From Promethearchaeota archaeon (GTDB lineage Archaea > Asgardarchaeota > Lokiarchaeia > Sigyniarchaeales > SOKP01): a stretch of 42,570 bases of DNA. A model generated the notes under the pieces. That model was given only the letters and a program-made list of their open reading frames with translations. It was not told the origin of the DNA and searched no databases. Positions 28,421 to 38,616 of the stretch are shown in pieces. How positions within the stretch are numbered: position 1 is the stretch's first letter; the number at the start of each line of letters is the position of its first letter. The stretch covers positions 1 to 42,570 of the forward strand of contig SHMW01000029.1 in NCBI GenBank assembly GCA_008080735.1, given 5' to 3'. The translations under genes and the position numbers were made by a program.

Positions 28421-29374
28421 ATGCTAGAACAAAATATTATTAAAAAAGAGCGAGATAATAAAGTGAATATACGTGAAAAATTGAAGGCTTATATTGATTT
28501 AACAAGACTACATTTTGCCTTCGTATGGCCAGTTCTTTTCTGTACAGGATTAATGCTTGCTTTCAGAGATGCGAGTTTTTTCTCTTGGAATCTTCTATTC
28601 AGAGTGGCTCTGATTGGGTTATTTGGTTTTGAAGCAGGAATGGTTTTAAATGATATCGTGGACAGAAATTTGGACAAATTAGATGTGGATCAAGAAAATC
28701 TTACCCCTTACTGGAGACCTTTTAAAGAACGACCCATTCCCTCCGGGAAAGTTTCTTATAAAGAAGCTATGGCTATCTTCCTCGTATTTGTATTTCTAAG
28801 TGCTGCCTTAATTGCAACTCTTCCATTTCCAAACTCGCTATATATTTATGGGTTTATGGTCTACGGATATGGTATGGAAATATTTTACCAAATCAAAAAA
28901 CGTGATCAAAAATATCCCATCGCGCAGTTATTAGGTCGTACCGATTTAACATTTTTCCTAGTTGCGGGCTATCTCTGTTATGGTCAATTAAATATTACCA
29001 TCCTCTGGTTAATCCTATTCCTTTATCCATGGGCACAACTCCATCTTGGAGCGAATGATATCGTCGACTTAGAAAATGATAAAGCAAAAAATCTAAATAC
29101 CGTAACGACTTTATATGGTATAAATGGCAATCTCTATTGGATTCTAGGATTTTCTATAGTCCATATTATATCCGCTTCAATGTTCTTGATTTTTGAGTTG
29201 GGACAAGTTGCACTATACGGATTTTTGATTTCATTTGTATTAATTGGGATTGCAAACACGGTTCTTTTAGTGAAGAAAACCACCAGAGCGGGTTTGAAAG
29301 TTTTACCCTTATTCCATGCCTCCTTATTGATCTATTGTCTCTCCATTATCTTAGATTCCGTAATTGTTATATAA
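28421..29374 (+). CDS. UbiA-family prenyltransferase
   Basis: NDIVDRNLD, RPIPSG, NDIVDLEND; multiple TM helices. Confidence 0.88.
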   Translation: MLEQNIIKKERDNKVNIREKLKAYIDLTRLHFAFVWPVLFCTGLMLAFRDASFFSWNLLFRVALIGLFGFEAGMVLNDIVDRNLDKLDVDQENLTPYWRPFKERPIPSGKVSYKEAMAIFLVFVFLSAALIATLPFPNSLYIYGFMVYGYGMEIFYQIKKRDQKYPIAQLLGRTDLTFFLVAGYLCYGQLNITILWLILFLYPWAQLHLGANDIVDLENDKAKNLNTVTTLYGINGNLYWILGFSIVHIISASMFLIFELGQVALYGFLISFVLIGIANTVLLVKKTTRAGLKVLPLFHASLLIYCLSIILDSVIVI

Positions 29375-29549
29375 TTACCTTCAAAATCTAATTTTTATTT
29401 TCGTTATCTTTATTCTTATTAAATTGTACACTGATTTGATATCAAAACTGTACTTTTTTTTAAAGTAGTAAAAAATAATTGCATCAATTATTTTGAGTAA
29501 ATAATGTTAATTCTCAAATTATTAATAATGTAAAAGTGAGGAGATTTTT

Positions 29550-30335
29550 ATTAAAAAAGTACTTACAATCGCGGGATCAGATTCGGGAGGTGGGGCAGGC
29601 ATCCAAGCAGATCTAAAAGCCTTCGCTGCTCGTGGAGTATATGGGATGACTGCTATTACAGCTTTAACAGCTCAAAACACTCTTGGTGTTCAAGGGATAT
29701 TTGAAGTCAGTCCTGAATTTGTTGCTCAGCAAATTGATTCAGTAATGAGTGATATCGGAGCTGATGCATGGAAGACTGGAATGCTCTCGAATGCTGAAAT
29801 TATTTCCGTGGTAGTGAATAAAACTAAGGAGTATAAAATGGAAAAATTAGTGGTAGATCCAGTGATGGTGGCAAAGGGCGGAGATTCGCTTCTACAAAAA
29901 CAAGCTCAAATTATCCTAATTAATAAATTACTTCCGCTTTCCTTTATAATCACACCCAACCATCATGAGGCAGAGGTATTAACAGGTCTCAAGATTAATA
30001 ATTTAGACGATGCAGAAAAGGCAGCTATGAAGATTCATGAAATGGGGGCTGAAAATATAATAATAAAAGGTGGACATATCCCTACCATCTCAGATGCTAT
30101 TGATGTGCTGTATGATGGAAATCAAATTATACATATCAGTTCTCCACGGATAGATACAAAAAATACCCATGGAACGGGATGCACATATGCCTCGTCTATC
30201 GCAGCTGAAGTGGCAAAAGGGAACGATTTTGTAAACGCAGTGAAGATTGCAAAGAAATATATTACTAAAGCTATAAGAAATGCGGTTGATTTACATATAG
30301 GAAAAGGTCATGGACCATTGAATCACTTCTACTAA
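29550..30335 (+). CDS. thiD: Hydroxymethylpyrimidine/phosphomethylpyrimidine kinase
   Basis: Conserved N-terminus [20 protein letters not shown] is in frame upstream of the ORF-track ATG (29646); [35 protein letters not shown] start at 29550 after GAGGAG. Confidence 0.93.
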   Translation: MKKVLTIAGSDSGGGAGIQADLKAFAARGVYGMTAITALTAQNTLGVQGIFEVSPEFVAQQIDSVMSDIGADAWKTGMLSNAEIISVVVNKTKEYKMEKLVVDPVMVAKGGDSLLQKQAQIILINKLLPLSFIITPNHHEAEVLTGLKINNLDDAEKAAMKIHEMGAENIIIKGGHIPTISDAIDVLYDGNQIIHISSPRIDTKNTHGTGCTYASSIAAEVAKGNDFVNAVKIAKKYITKAIRNAVDLHIGKGHGPLNHFY

Positions 30336-30357
30336 TGAATTTTTTTCACTGAAGAAA

Positions 30358-30828
30358 TTATACTTCCATCAGTTCGATTCTAATAATATATTCTGGATCC
30401 TCCAAGTCTACTATAACTTTATCGATTTCTTTAGCAGCAGCTTCTACAATCTCATCATGAGAGATATTCGTAGCTCTTCTCCTTAACAATACTCTCCAAT
30501 TATCATCTTTATCTAATTCTGATTCAAATCTATCAGCTAAATCGCCAATTTTTGATAAATCTGTTTCTAATTTATATTGAATGGGAACTATTTTTAGTAC
30601 ATATCTAAATAAATCAGGATCCTCTACCATCTTCTCTTCAATTTTTATAAGAGTTTTGATAGGATCTTGATGAAAATGAGCTATGGAAAGACCAATTAGC
30701 TTATATATAGGTCTTACTTCCACATCTTCATACTCTAAGACCATTTCTAAAATATAATGTATCTCTTTGGCGGCTTCTTTTTCTTCATATCTTCTACTTG
30801 AGATAACAAATCCGTGAAAATTTTCCAT
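30358..30828 (-). CDS. Stand-alone THUMP-domain RNA-binding protein
   Basis: LKIVPI, WRVLLRRR, VDLEDPEYIIRIE. Confidence 0.78.
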   Translation of the reverse strand: MENFHGFVISSRRYEEKEAAKEIHYILEMVLEYEDVEVRPIYKLIGLSIAHFHQDPIKTLIKIEEKMVEDPDLFRYVLKIVPIQYKLETDLSKIGDLADRFESELDKDDNWRVLLRRRATNISHDEIVEAAAKEIDKVIVDLEDPEYIIRIELMEV

Positions 30829-31023
30829 CTAAAGTCATCCTACTAATTTTTAATTTATTGGTTTTTATTCTCTATGAATGCCTCCCATCTAATTTTTAAA
30901 ATTAGTTCTAACTTTTATATCTTCTATTTATCGGTTATTTAATTTAAAATCCCACATATACATTCTTTTTTCCAGAGTGAGTTTAAATTTCTAGAAAAAT
31001 TAACTAAAGATTTTAATTAATCC

Positions 31024-31049
31024 AAGCCTCCTCCAGAAGCAGGAGGCTT
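31024..31049. repeat. Perfect GC-rich 9-bp hairpin AAGCCTCCT-N8-AGGAGGCTT
   Basis: Arms at 31024-31032 and 31041-31049, flanked by TTAAT/ATTAA. Confidence 0.6.
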
Positions 31050-31067
31050 ATTAATCTTTTATTTTCG

Positions 31068-31646
31068 TTGGTTTTTTTATTTGTATCCGTAGGTTTGATA
31101 TTAAATATGACATATGCTTTGCTTACTCACGAACTTGTTGTTTTAATCTTAAATTTCTTAACGAATTACCTTATCGCATTCGCCCCTATTTTCCTTGTTC
31201 TGTTCAATTTAAATCTTCTTAAAAAACGAGTAGGTAAGCTAAATACGCTGCAATTAATATTCCTCATTCTGTATGGGATATTACTTTTCCTAAAAATTAT
31301 TTTCTTCATTGATGATGGTGTAAAAATTAATGCGACAACCCAATGGTTTCCAGAATGGGATTTTGAATATTTAATCTATTTATTATCCGTTAAAACGATT
31401 TTTACCACTATACCATTCATATTGTCAAGTATAAAACTATATATGATGTTTGAGCATAAGATTTTAAGACAAAGATGGAAATATTTTGTTATTGGTGTAA
31501 TAGGATTAATATTCTACATGGATTTTAATTTTTCAAACAATTACACATCTCATCCCCTTGTAGTAATAGGATTATATCTCTCGATTTTAGGTATTATTCC
31601 ATATATATCGTTGATTTATTACGGAGTAGGAAAACAATTAGCATAA
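31068..31646 (+). CDS. Multi-pass membrane protein of unknown function (5-6 TM, possibly N-terminally truncated)
   Basis: Hydrophobic helices ending LIYYGVGKQL; frame is open upstream to 31017 without an ATG. Confidence 0.6.
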   Translation: MVFLFVSVGLILNMTYALLTHELVVLILNFLTNYLIAFAPIFLVLFNLNLLKKRVGKLNTLQLIFLILYGILLFLKIIFFIDDGVKINATTQWFPEWDFEYLIYLLSVKTIFTTIPFILSSIKLYMMFEHKILRQRWKYFVIGVIGLIFYMDFNFSNNYTSHPLVVIGLYLSILGIIPYISLIYYGVGKQLA

Positions 31647-31775
31647 TACAGTCTTCCGTGTTAACATATTAACTTTTTAATAGTTCATAACAGAACTCAT
31701 TCACACTCTCTCTTTTAAATAAGCACCATTAACAAATAGAATTAATAAAAATTCAACTCGTCGTTTGTAAAAAAA

Positions 31776-32060
31776 ATGGCACTTAACATAAAGAATAAAT
31801 ACAATTTCCAAGTCAGAAAATTATTGATCGTGCTTGATTGTGCCGCTGAAGATGAAAAATGCTCTATATGCGATGCTCCTCTTTATCCAGCAAGATTAGA
31901 ATCCTGGCAGAATGATTCCCTTATAGATTTTAAATTTCATAATGGATTTTGCGAGCAATGCGGATTATTTGAATATGAACCAATTAAGGATACACAAATT
32001 TGTTTTCAAAAAACTGGGCACCAAGAAACCTATAATCAAGAAATAAATTCATTTATTTAA
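31776..32060 (+). CDS. Small Zn-ribbon protein
   Basis: CSIC...CEQC pairs in 94 aa. Confidence 0.55.
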   Translation: MALNIKNKYNFQVRKLLIVLDCAAEDEKCSICDAPLYPARLESWQNDSLIDFKFHNGFCEQCGLFEYEPIKDTQICFQKTGHQETYNQEINSFI

Positions 32061-32243
32061 AATATCTTCTTCTTTTTCTCTATTTTCAACTTATTCAACA
32101 ATTATTTTAGATCCATAGTTAGAGAAAAATACTATAATCTTATCTTATAATTGAAAAATTCTATAAAGACTTCTAATTTATAGTAAAATAACACTAATAA
32201 TAGAATTTGAAATAAAAATTTGAATTCAAACGAGGTTAATTAG

Positions 32244-33656
32244 ATGTCTACAAATATGGAATATGAGGACCAAATACGTAAAATAGATAATATCGTCTCC
32301 TCCCCTATGAAGGAATTTAAGCCAGAAGAGTTGAGGGGGATCGTGGAGCGATATGAAAAAAATCATTCCAAATCTAAGGCAGCTTTCGAACGAGCGAAAA
32401 AGATTATTCCTGGAGGGGTCGAACACAATCTTGCTTTTAATTTCCCATTTCCTTTAGAAAGTAAGAAATTATACGATTGTTATATGGAGACTGTTGATGA
32501 TGTTGTTCTCACAGATTATCTTTGTTGTGGAGGTCCTATTATTTTGGGCCATAATTATAAACCATTAACAGAAAAGGTTGTTGAAACTATACAAGAGGCG
32601 GGATCTTGTCATGGTATTACACATGAAATGGAATACAAATCTGCTGAACAATTACAGAAACATTTTCCTTCCTGTGAGAAAATCCGTTGGTTGCAAAGTG
32701 GTACCGAAGCAGATATGCTTGCTTTAAGAATAGCAAGGGTATATACAGGGAATAAACATGTAATTAAATTTGGAGGGCATTATCACGGATGGAGCGATCA
32801 ACTTGTATATGATCTTCACATTCCGGGAACGAAGAGAATGGAATCACACGGTATTCCTAAAAATATTTACAAATATATCGATTCTTGTCCGCCAAATGAT
32901 ATTGAACGATTAAGAGAGATGTTTAAAGAAAAAAGACGGGTTGCAGCAGTTATTTTAGAACCGATGGGAGCCGAATCGGGAGCTATTCCAGTGAAACCAG
33001 GCTTTAATAAACAAGTGGAGGAATTATGTCATGAAAATGATGCATTATTGATTTCTGATGAAGTGGTATGTGCCTTCAGATTGGATATGGGCGGGGGACA
33101 AGCATATTTTGGATATGAACCAGATCTTTCTGTTTTTGGAAAAATTGTAGGTCATGGATATCCATCCGCCGCAGCTATCGGAGGTAAGGAAGAGATCTTG
33201 AATACCGTAGCAGCTGGTGTTGGAGGCGGTTCTAAACGAGCATATTGCGGTGGCACACTTGCAGCAAATCCTTTGACATGTACAGCTGCATATTGGGCAA
33301 TTAAATTCGTGGAAGAAACCAACGCGACCGAGAGAGCGGGTAAAGTCGCTACCCGGTTATCAAATGGTATGAACGAAGTATTTGAAAAACATGGTTTGCC
33401 ATGGTTCTCTTATAATTACAATGCAACCGTTCATCTTCACTCATCAGCGGTGTTTGCGCTCGATATCACAGATCCCGAGCAAGCCCCCCAGATTAAGGAA
33501 CGTAAAGAGTTTATGGAACACTTAGGTGCCGCTCTAATTGATCAAGAATTAATCTCTGTTGCTGGCTCGAGATTTTATACAAATATTCAACATACAGACG
33601 AGATCATTGATAAGACCTTAGAAAAGATTGACAACATTTGTTCTAAAATAGAATAA
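32244..33656 (+). CDS. Class III PLP aminotransferase (glutamate-1-semialdehyde aminomutase-like)
   Basis: IPGGV, GPIILGH, SGTEA, YHGWSD, DEVV, FGKIVGHGYP (PLP Lys), GGTLAANP; GAGGT ribosome-binding site. Confidence 0.88.
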   Translation: MSTNMEYEDQIRKIDNIVSSPMKEFKPEELRGIVERYEKNHSKSKAAFERAKKIIPGGVEHNLAFNFPFPLESKKLYDCYMETVDDVVLTDYLCCGGPIILGHNYKPLTEKVVETIQEAGSCHGITHEMEYKSAEQLQKHFPSCEKIRWLQSGTEADMLALRIARVYTGNKHVIKFGGHYHGWSDQLVYDLHIPGTKRMESHGIPKNIYKYIDSCPPNDIERLREMFKEKRRVAAVILEPMGAESGAIPVKPGFNKQVEELCHENDALLISDEVVCAFRLDMGGGQAYFGYEPDLSVFGKIVGHGYPSAAAIGGKEEILNTVAAGVGGGSKRAYCGGTLAANPLTCTAAYWAIKFVEETNATERAGKVATRLSNGMNEVFEKHGLPWFSYNYNATVHLHSSAVFALDITDPEQAPQIKERKEFMEHLGAALIDQELISVAGSRFYTNIQHTDEIIDKTLEKIDNICSKIE

Positions 33657-33789
33657 AGAGAATAAATTCGTTTTTCTTTCCTATATTTTCTTTTTTATCA
33701 TTTTTAAACTAGACGTATCCTTTTTATTATTTTTTAATGAAATTCTGAAGATCTAGAAACAAATTTGAATGAAATAATGGGAAAAAAAT

Positions 33790-33993
33790 ATTATAAAATG
33801 CCTAAGTTTGCCTCGAGTATGTATTCGAGAAGCGAAAAAAAAAAGAATAATTTCCTACTTAGGATATATCCTCAAATTGCAGATGATTTTATAGGCCAGA
33901 TTTGAAAATTTCTTAGAAAGTCCTGATTTAGAACATAAACATATCTATGAAATAGAAAAAGAAATAGCAAAAATGATTTTTGAGAAAAAATGA
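33790..33993 (+). pseudogene. Possible degraded CDS fragment
   Basis: One frame reads ...PRVCIREAKKKRIISYLGYILKLQMIL*ARFENFLESPDLEHKHIYEIEKEIAKMIFEKK*, protein-like with an internal TAG. Confidence 0.25.
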
Positions 33994-34146
33994 TTTGCGA
34001 ATATTAATCTCATCTTCTTTGTTTTTATTATTGAATTTTTGACTCTCCTACCTAATTTTTTTAGAGATCTTTATTTTTTAAATCAAATGGCTTTTTATTA
34101 TTCACACATTTATCTACTTAGAACAAAATTTAAATTGGCTATTAAA

Positions 34147-35400
34147 ATGAGTATGTCAGAGAGAGATAAAGAAATTGAAAAAGAAGCAATGAAAATCTTT
34201 GAGGAATGGCCACGTACAAAAATTATATTTGGAAAGAATACTCTAAAAGAGACCGGTAAATATGCGAAAGAATTTGGAGAAAATGCCTTAATTGTTATTG
34301 GTGGAGGTTCGGTTAAAAAATTTGGATATTTAAATGAACTGACCAATTCTTTAGAATCAGAGGGAATTGTCCACAGTTTATACGAGGGAGTAGAACCAAA
34401 CCCTCCCAAAGCTACTGTTGAAGATATTGCTGAAACCTTCAATGGGAATACTTATGATATAACAGTTGCAATCGGGGGAGGAAGCACAATGGATGCTGCG
34501 AAAGCAGCTTTAATTCTCACTGGGACAGGAAATAAAGATATTAATAAGTATTTTGGGGTGAATAAAGTGAGTGCGGAGTTGGATAGGATTTCACCGTGTA
34601 TATGCATTCCGACGACCAGTGGCACTTCCTCCGAAATAACTCGTTATTCTAATGTGACGCTACCCGAGAAAGGGGTTAAAAAGCTTATATCTGATATTGC
34701 CATCCATCCTCATTATGCCATAGTAGATCCAACCTTAACTATGTCTTGCCCGCAGGATTTAACTTTGACTGTGGGCTTAGATACCATGACCCATTCAATG
34801 GAAGGGTATCTCAATAGAGTTCAAGACGAGGGGAATGAGGATATTAATAAAAGAGCACTTATGTCTTTAGAGTTAGTCTTTAGATGGTTAAAAGTTGCTG
34901 TAAAAGAGCCAAAAAATTATACTGCACGAAAAATGATGGCGATCGCCAGTGTATTAGGGGGAACTGTGATAGGCGGTAAAAGGTTTAAAGGTACGGCTGG
35001 TCCGCATATGAATTCCTTTTCATGGGCTGAAACAATAGCACATGGAAAAGCAACGGGAATCATGATGCCCTATTACATCGCTTATTATGGAAAAAATGAT
35101 ACTGTGATGAAAAAATTAGAACCCATTGCTGAAATGCTAGGAGTTGAGAAGGGTGAGAAGATTGGACTAAATGTTGCACAAGCGATGTTGAATTGGTATG
35201 ATGAGATGGAATTCCCCACAAAAATAAGCGATTTAGAGGGGTGGAAATCGGAATATAAAGATAAAGCAATAGAAGATGCCGCTGAAAATACTATGAAGTT
35301 GGAAGCAATGCCAAATCCCGTCCAATTAGATAAAGTAGAAGAAACTATCGGCCCAATTCTCGAAGCCGCTATAGACGGAGAGCTGTCTAAATTAGAATAA
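34147..35400 (+). CDS. Iron-containing alcohol dehydrogenase
   Basis: GVEPNP, AIGGGSTMDAAK, PTTSGTSSE, DTMTHSMEGY, GPH, HGKA. ORF track TTG start at 34039 is probably too long. Confidence 0.9.
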   Translation: MSMSERDKEIEKEAMKIFEEWPRTKIIFGKNTLKETGKYAKEFGENALIVIGGGSVKKFGYLNELTNSLESEGIVHSLYEGVEPNPPKATVEDIAETFNGNTYDITVAIGGGSTMDAAKAALILTGTGNKDINKYFGVNKVSAELDRISPCICIPTTSGTSSEITRYSNVTLPEKGVKKLISDIAIHPHYAIVDPTLTMSCPQDLTLTVGLDTMTHSMEGYLNRVQDEGNEDINKRALMSLELVFRWLKVAVKEPKNYTARKMMAIASVLGGTVIGGKRFKGTAGPHMNSFSWAETIAHGKATGIMMPYYIAYYGKNDTVMKKLEPIAEMLGVEKGEKIGLNVAQAMLNWYDEMEFPTKISDLEGWKSEYKDKAIEDAAENTMKLEAMPNPVQLDKVEETIGPILEAAIDGELSKLE

Positions 35401-35730
35401 TCAATTTACCTTTTCTTTTTGTTATTTTTGAGTATTTTAACCCAATAAGGTAGTGTAAATTATTTAACTATTTTAATGCTAAGAGAACAACGTTATATTT
35501 AAATAATTATCTCTCTTAATTAATGATGTCGGAATCAAATGGAGATATTCTTACCTAAAATATCACAGATTCAATTCATCTAAGTAATAGAATCTAACGG
35601 GCTAAAAGTTATTATATGGGTACTTATAGAGGAAGAAAAAACAGATTTATCTAATTTTTCGGCGCTTTTCAAGACTCTTGATTAATCAATTCTTAAATCC
35701 AAATAAATGGAGAATATAATATAAAAAATT

Positions 35731-36711
35731 ATGTTAGATATATTTATTGCATTTATTATACTCATTGGTAGCATTATTCTAATTATTTTTTCCAGTAATA
35801 TTGCTGTGAAGCATTCTGCAGCCCTTGCATCAAGTCTTGGTGTCTCTAGTTTAATAATTGGTATCACATTAGTTTCCATTGGAACCGATGTATCAGAAAT
35901 ATTCAATTCGATAATATCATGCGCAATGGGACATGGAGATATCGATGTAGGCGATTCTGTTGGATCAGATTTAACTCAACTAACACTTGTATTTGGGCTT
36001 CTACCTATCATATGTGGAAACTTTATCGTAAAAAGAAAGGAATTCCTCATAATTGGTTCTTGTGAGATACTTTCTCTTATTTTAATATTTACTGTTGTGG
36101 AAAAGGGTTATTTTACTCGATTAGACGCTCTTTTTATGATGCTTAGTTTTTTATTCTATACAATGGTGACTTATAATGTCACTAAAAGTGATATGCTCAC
36201 TAAAGTTGACTTAATGATACATGAGGATCATCATCAATCAATCGGGGAAAGAATTCATTTTTTAGTTTTCGCATTAATTGGTTTTGCTGGTGTTACTTTA
36301 AGTTCGTATTTCATTGTTCAAAGCATTATTTTTCTTTCAAGTAAACTGAATATACATGAATTTATACTCAGTTTTTTCCTTCTTAGTATTGGCACTTCTT
36401 TGCCAGAACTTAGTGTGGATGTAACTGCTTTAAGACAAAAAGAGTATAATCTTGCTATTGGTGATATAATTGGTAGTTGTATTGTAGATTCAACCATTTC
36501 TATTGCTATCGGACAATTCTTATTCCCCCAAGCTGTATCAGCTCAATTAGCGATACCTACTGTACTTTATACTATATTTGCTTCATTAATAGTTATTATA
36601 GTTGTTTCTAAAAGACAAATTATGGATAAAAAGGCAGGTATCTTATTTATACTAATTTATCTTCTTGCCTTTCCCTTACTTTTAACAACCTTTTTGTATC
36701 ATTCTGCCTGA
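35731..36711 (+). CDS. Ca2+/Na+ antiporter (CaCA, YrbG-like)
   Basis: Alpha repeats SIGTDVSE...GDSVGSD and SIGTSLPE...GDIIGS; about 10 TM helices. Confidence 0.9.
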   Translation: MLDIFIAFIILIGSIILIIFSSNIAVKHSAALASSLGVSSLIIGITLVSIGTDVSEIFNSIISCAMGHGDIDVGDSVGSDLTQLTLVFGLLPIICGNFIVKRKEFLIIGSCEILSLILIFTVVEKGYFTRLDALFMMLSFLFYTMVTYNVTKSDMLTKVDLMIHEDHHQSIGERIHFLVFALIGFAGVTLSSYFIVQSIIFLSSKLNIHEFILSFFLLSIGTSLPELSVDVTALRQKEYNLAIGDIIGSCIVDSTISIAIGQFLFPQAVSAQLAIPTVLYTIFASLIVIIVVSKRQIMDKKAGILFILIYLLAFPLLLTTFLYHSA

Positions 36712-36762
36712 GCATCCTTTAGAAAGCTTTTTTATAAAATAATTGAAAAATAATATTATTTG

Positions 36763-37281
36763 CTATCTCTTTAAATCATACTCGGGTCTAATTTTAAATC
36801 CTTCAGGGACTTTATCTTCTTTCCATGGATTTTCTGACAATTCGAATTTAAATCCTACGATATTTTCTCCTCCGATCATATACACTTGTGGAGGTTTTTC
36901 GCGAAGATCTTCGGGATTAAGAAGTTTTTTCCAATTCACTCGAAATTTAAATTCAGTTTTTACACCCTCCTTTTTAAAAGCTCTCGCAGCTTCCTTTACA
37001 TCTTTTACCCTAAATGTAATATTATGCACTCCGGGTCCTTTTTCTTTTAGAAACTTCGACCATGTTGTTTCGATATCATCGCTCGTGGGTTCAATAAATT
37101 GTATTACCAAATCTCCCAATTGAACATGAATTGCTTTAACTAATCCAATTGAAGATAAATTTTCAGCTAGATCTTGCTCAATCTTTTTAACTCCAAATAT
37201 GTTATGAAGAAACTGATAGGCTTTCTCCGCATCCGGAACAACAACTTCGACATGCACTAGAGGTGAGACTTCAATTACCAT
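36763..37281 (-). CDS. VOC/glyoxalase family protein (methylmalonyl-CoA epimerase-like)
   Basis: HVEVVVPD, IQFIEP, FLKEKGPGVHNITFRV, FELSE. Confidence 0.8.
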   Translation of the reverse strand: MVIEVSPLVHVEVVVPDAEKAYQFLHNIFGVKKIEQDLAENLSSIGLVKAIHVQLGDLVIQFIEPTSDDIETTWSKFLKEKGPGVHNITFRVKDVKEAARAFKKEGVKTEFKFRVNWKKLLNPEDLREKPPQVYMIGGENIVGFKFELSENPWKEDKVPEGFKIRPEYDLKR

Positions 37282-37439
37282 TTTCTCTTTCCTTTTTTTT
37301 ATGTTTGCATTATTATTAGTTTTAATAGTATATAAGAGCTAAACCGGAATTGGAATAAATCATTAATAAAGAAGGTATTTATAAAGTAAGGATTTCTTTG
37401 TGTTATAATCAACTACATTATCATTAGCGAGGTTATTTT

Positions 37440-38438
37440 ATCAATCTGATTCTTATCATATTTCTTTCCATTATTATAGGTTTTTTAGTTATTTTTACTA
37501 TATTATTGATTGCTGCAAAGTTATGGGCGAAAAATAAGATTAAAAAATTGAAGTCTGGATCAAAGATTGTATCTACACTTGAAGGAGAAATCGAATATAT
37601 TATCTTCGGAGAGGGAATACCACTTCTGATTTTTCATGGTGCACCAGGTGGGTATGATCAAGGGTTTTTAATGGAGAATTTTGTAGAAAACAATTTTCAA
37701 GTAATCGCGTTCTCAAGACCCGGATATCTTAGAACACCGTTAAATGGTAATAGAAGTTATAAACAACAAGCAAAATTAGCGGAAAGTCTTCTTGATTATC
37801 TCCAAATATCAGAATGTGTGATTGTGGGATTGTCTGCGGGGGGACCTGTCGCATTACGCTTTGTTCTCCAATTTCCTTCCAGAGTTATTTCAGTTATTTT
37901 AATGTCAGCGGTTACAAAAAAATATATCCCCAGCGATTACCAATCTAATTCTCTCTTAGGAAAAGTTTATTTATCAAATCTTGGCGGAGATTTGATGGGC
38001 TATTTCATGGGGCTTAGTTTACGGAAGTGGCCTGAAAGAGTATTAAAATCTTTTTTAAACATAGAGACTACATTTTCGAAGGAGATTATAAACGATCTTG
38101 TGAATGAGATTTCAAAAAAACCAAATCAGATGAATTGGTTTAGACAGCTTGTAGACACAACCATTCCATTAAGTGTGAGGAAAGAAGGACTGAAGAATGA
38201 TATTCAAGTTCTCTCAGAACTTGAACCTTTATCTCTAGAAAACATAGAAAAGCCTATATTAGTTATACACAGTAAAAAGGATGCGGATGTAGAATTTTCT
38301 CACGCACAACATATTATTGACAAGAGTAAAAATACGGAACTTTATAAAAGTCAGGGATTAGGGCATCTGGTTTGGTTGGGACCTGATAGAAAACAAATGT
38401 ATCAGAAAGTTTTCAATTTTATTAGAAAGAATGCATAA
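37440..38438 (+). CDS. Alpha/beta hydrolase with N-terminal membrane anchor
   Basis: HGAPGGYD, SRPGY, GLSAGG, D-ADV, GH. In-frame hydrophobic helix NLILIIFLSIIIGFLVIFTILL lies upstream of the ORF-track TTG (37506); ATC at 37440 follows GAGGT. Confidence 0.85.
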   Translation: MNLILIIFLSIIIGFLVIFTILLIAAKLWAKNKIKKLKSGSKIVSTLEGEIEYIIFGEGIPLLIFHGAPGGYDQGFLMENFVENNFQVIAFSRPGYLRTPLNGNRSYKQQAKLAESLLDYLQISECVIVGLSAGGPVALRFVLQFPSRVISVILMSAVTKKYIPSDYQSNSLLGKVYLSNLGGDLMGYFMGLSLRKWPERVLKSFLNIETTFSKEIINDLVNEISKKPNQMNWFRQLVDTTIPLSVRKEGLKNDIQVLSELEPLSLENIEKPILVIHSKKDADVEFSHAQHIIDKSKNTELYKSQGLGHLVWLGPDRKQMYQKVFNFIRKNA

Positions 38439-38616
38439 TGAAATTATTATTTTTTTCACTTTTATTATTTCATTTTAGTCCCAAGGAGAAATCACTAATT
38501 TCTACTGTGAATAAATAGTCTATTATAAAAAATCTAAAATCGAAATCTTTAGATAATTATGAGTTTTATTATATTCGCCAGAAATTTTAAGAATTTGATA
38601 TTTGAAGGTTTTAAAT

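Noticed and set aside
32244-33656. Assignment as hemL
   Set aside because: Motifs are divergent and there is no tetrapyrrole context; kept at family level.
34039-34146. N-terminal extension of Fe-ADH in the ORF track
   Set aside because: It looks like AT-rich promoter sequence; ATG at 34147 or 34153 fits the family length.
35401-35730. Intergenic gap as an ncRNA or gene remnant
   Set aside because: No convincing structure or recognisable reading frame.
36743-37123. 126-aa plus-strand ORF
   Set aside because: Antisense shadow of the VOC gene.
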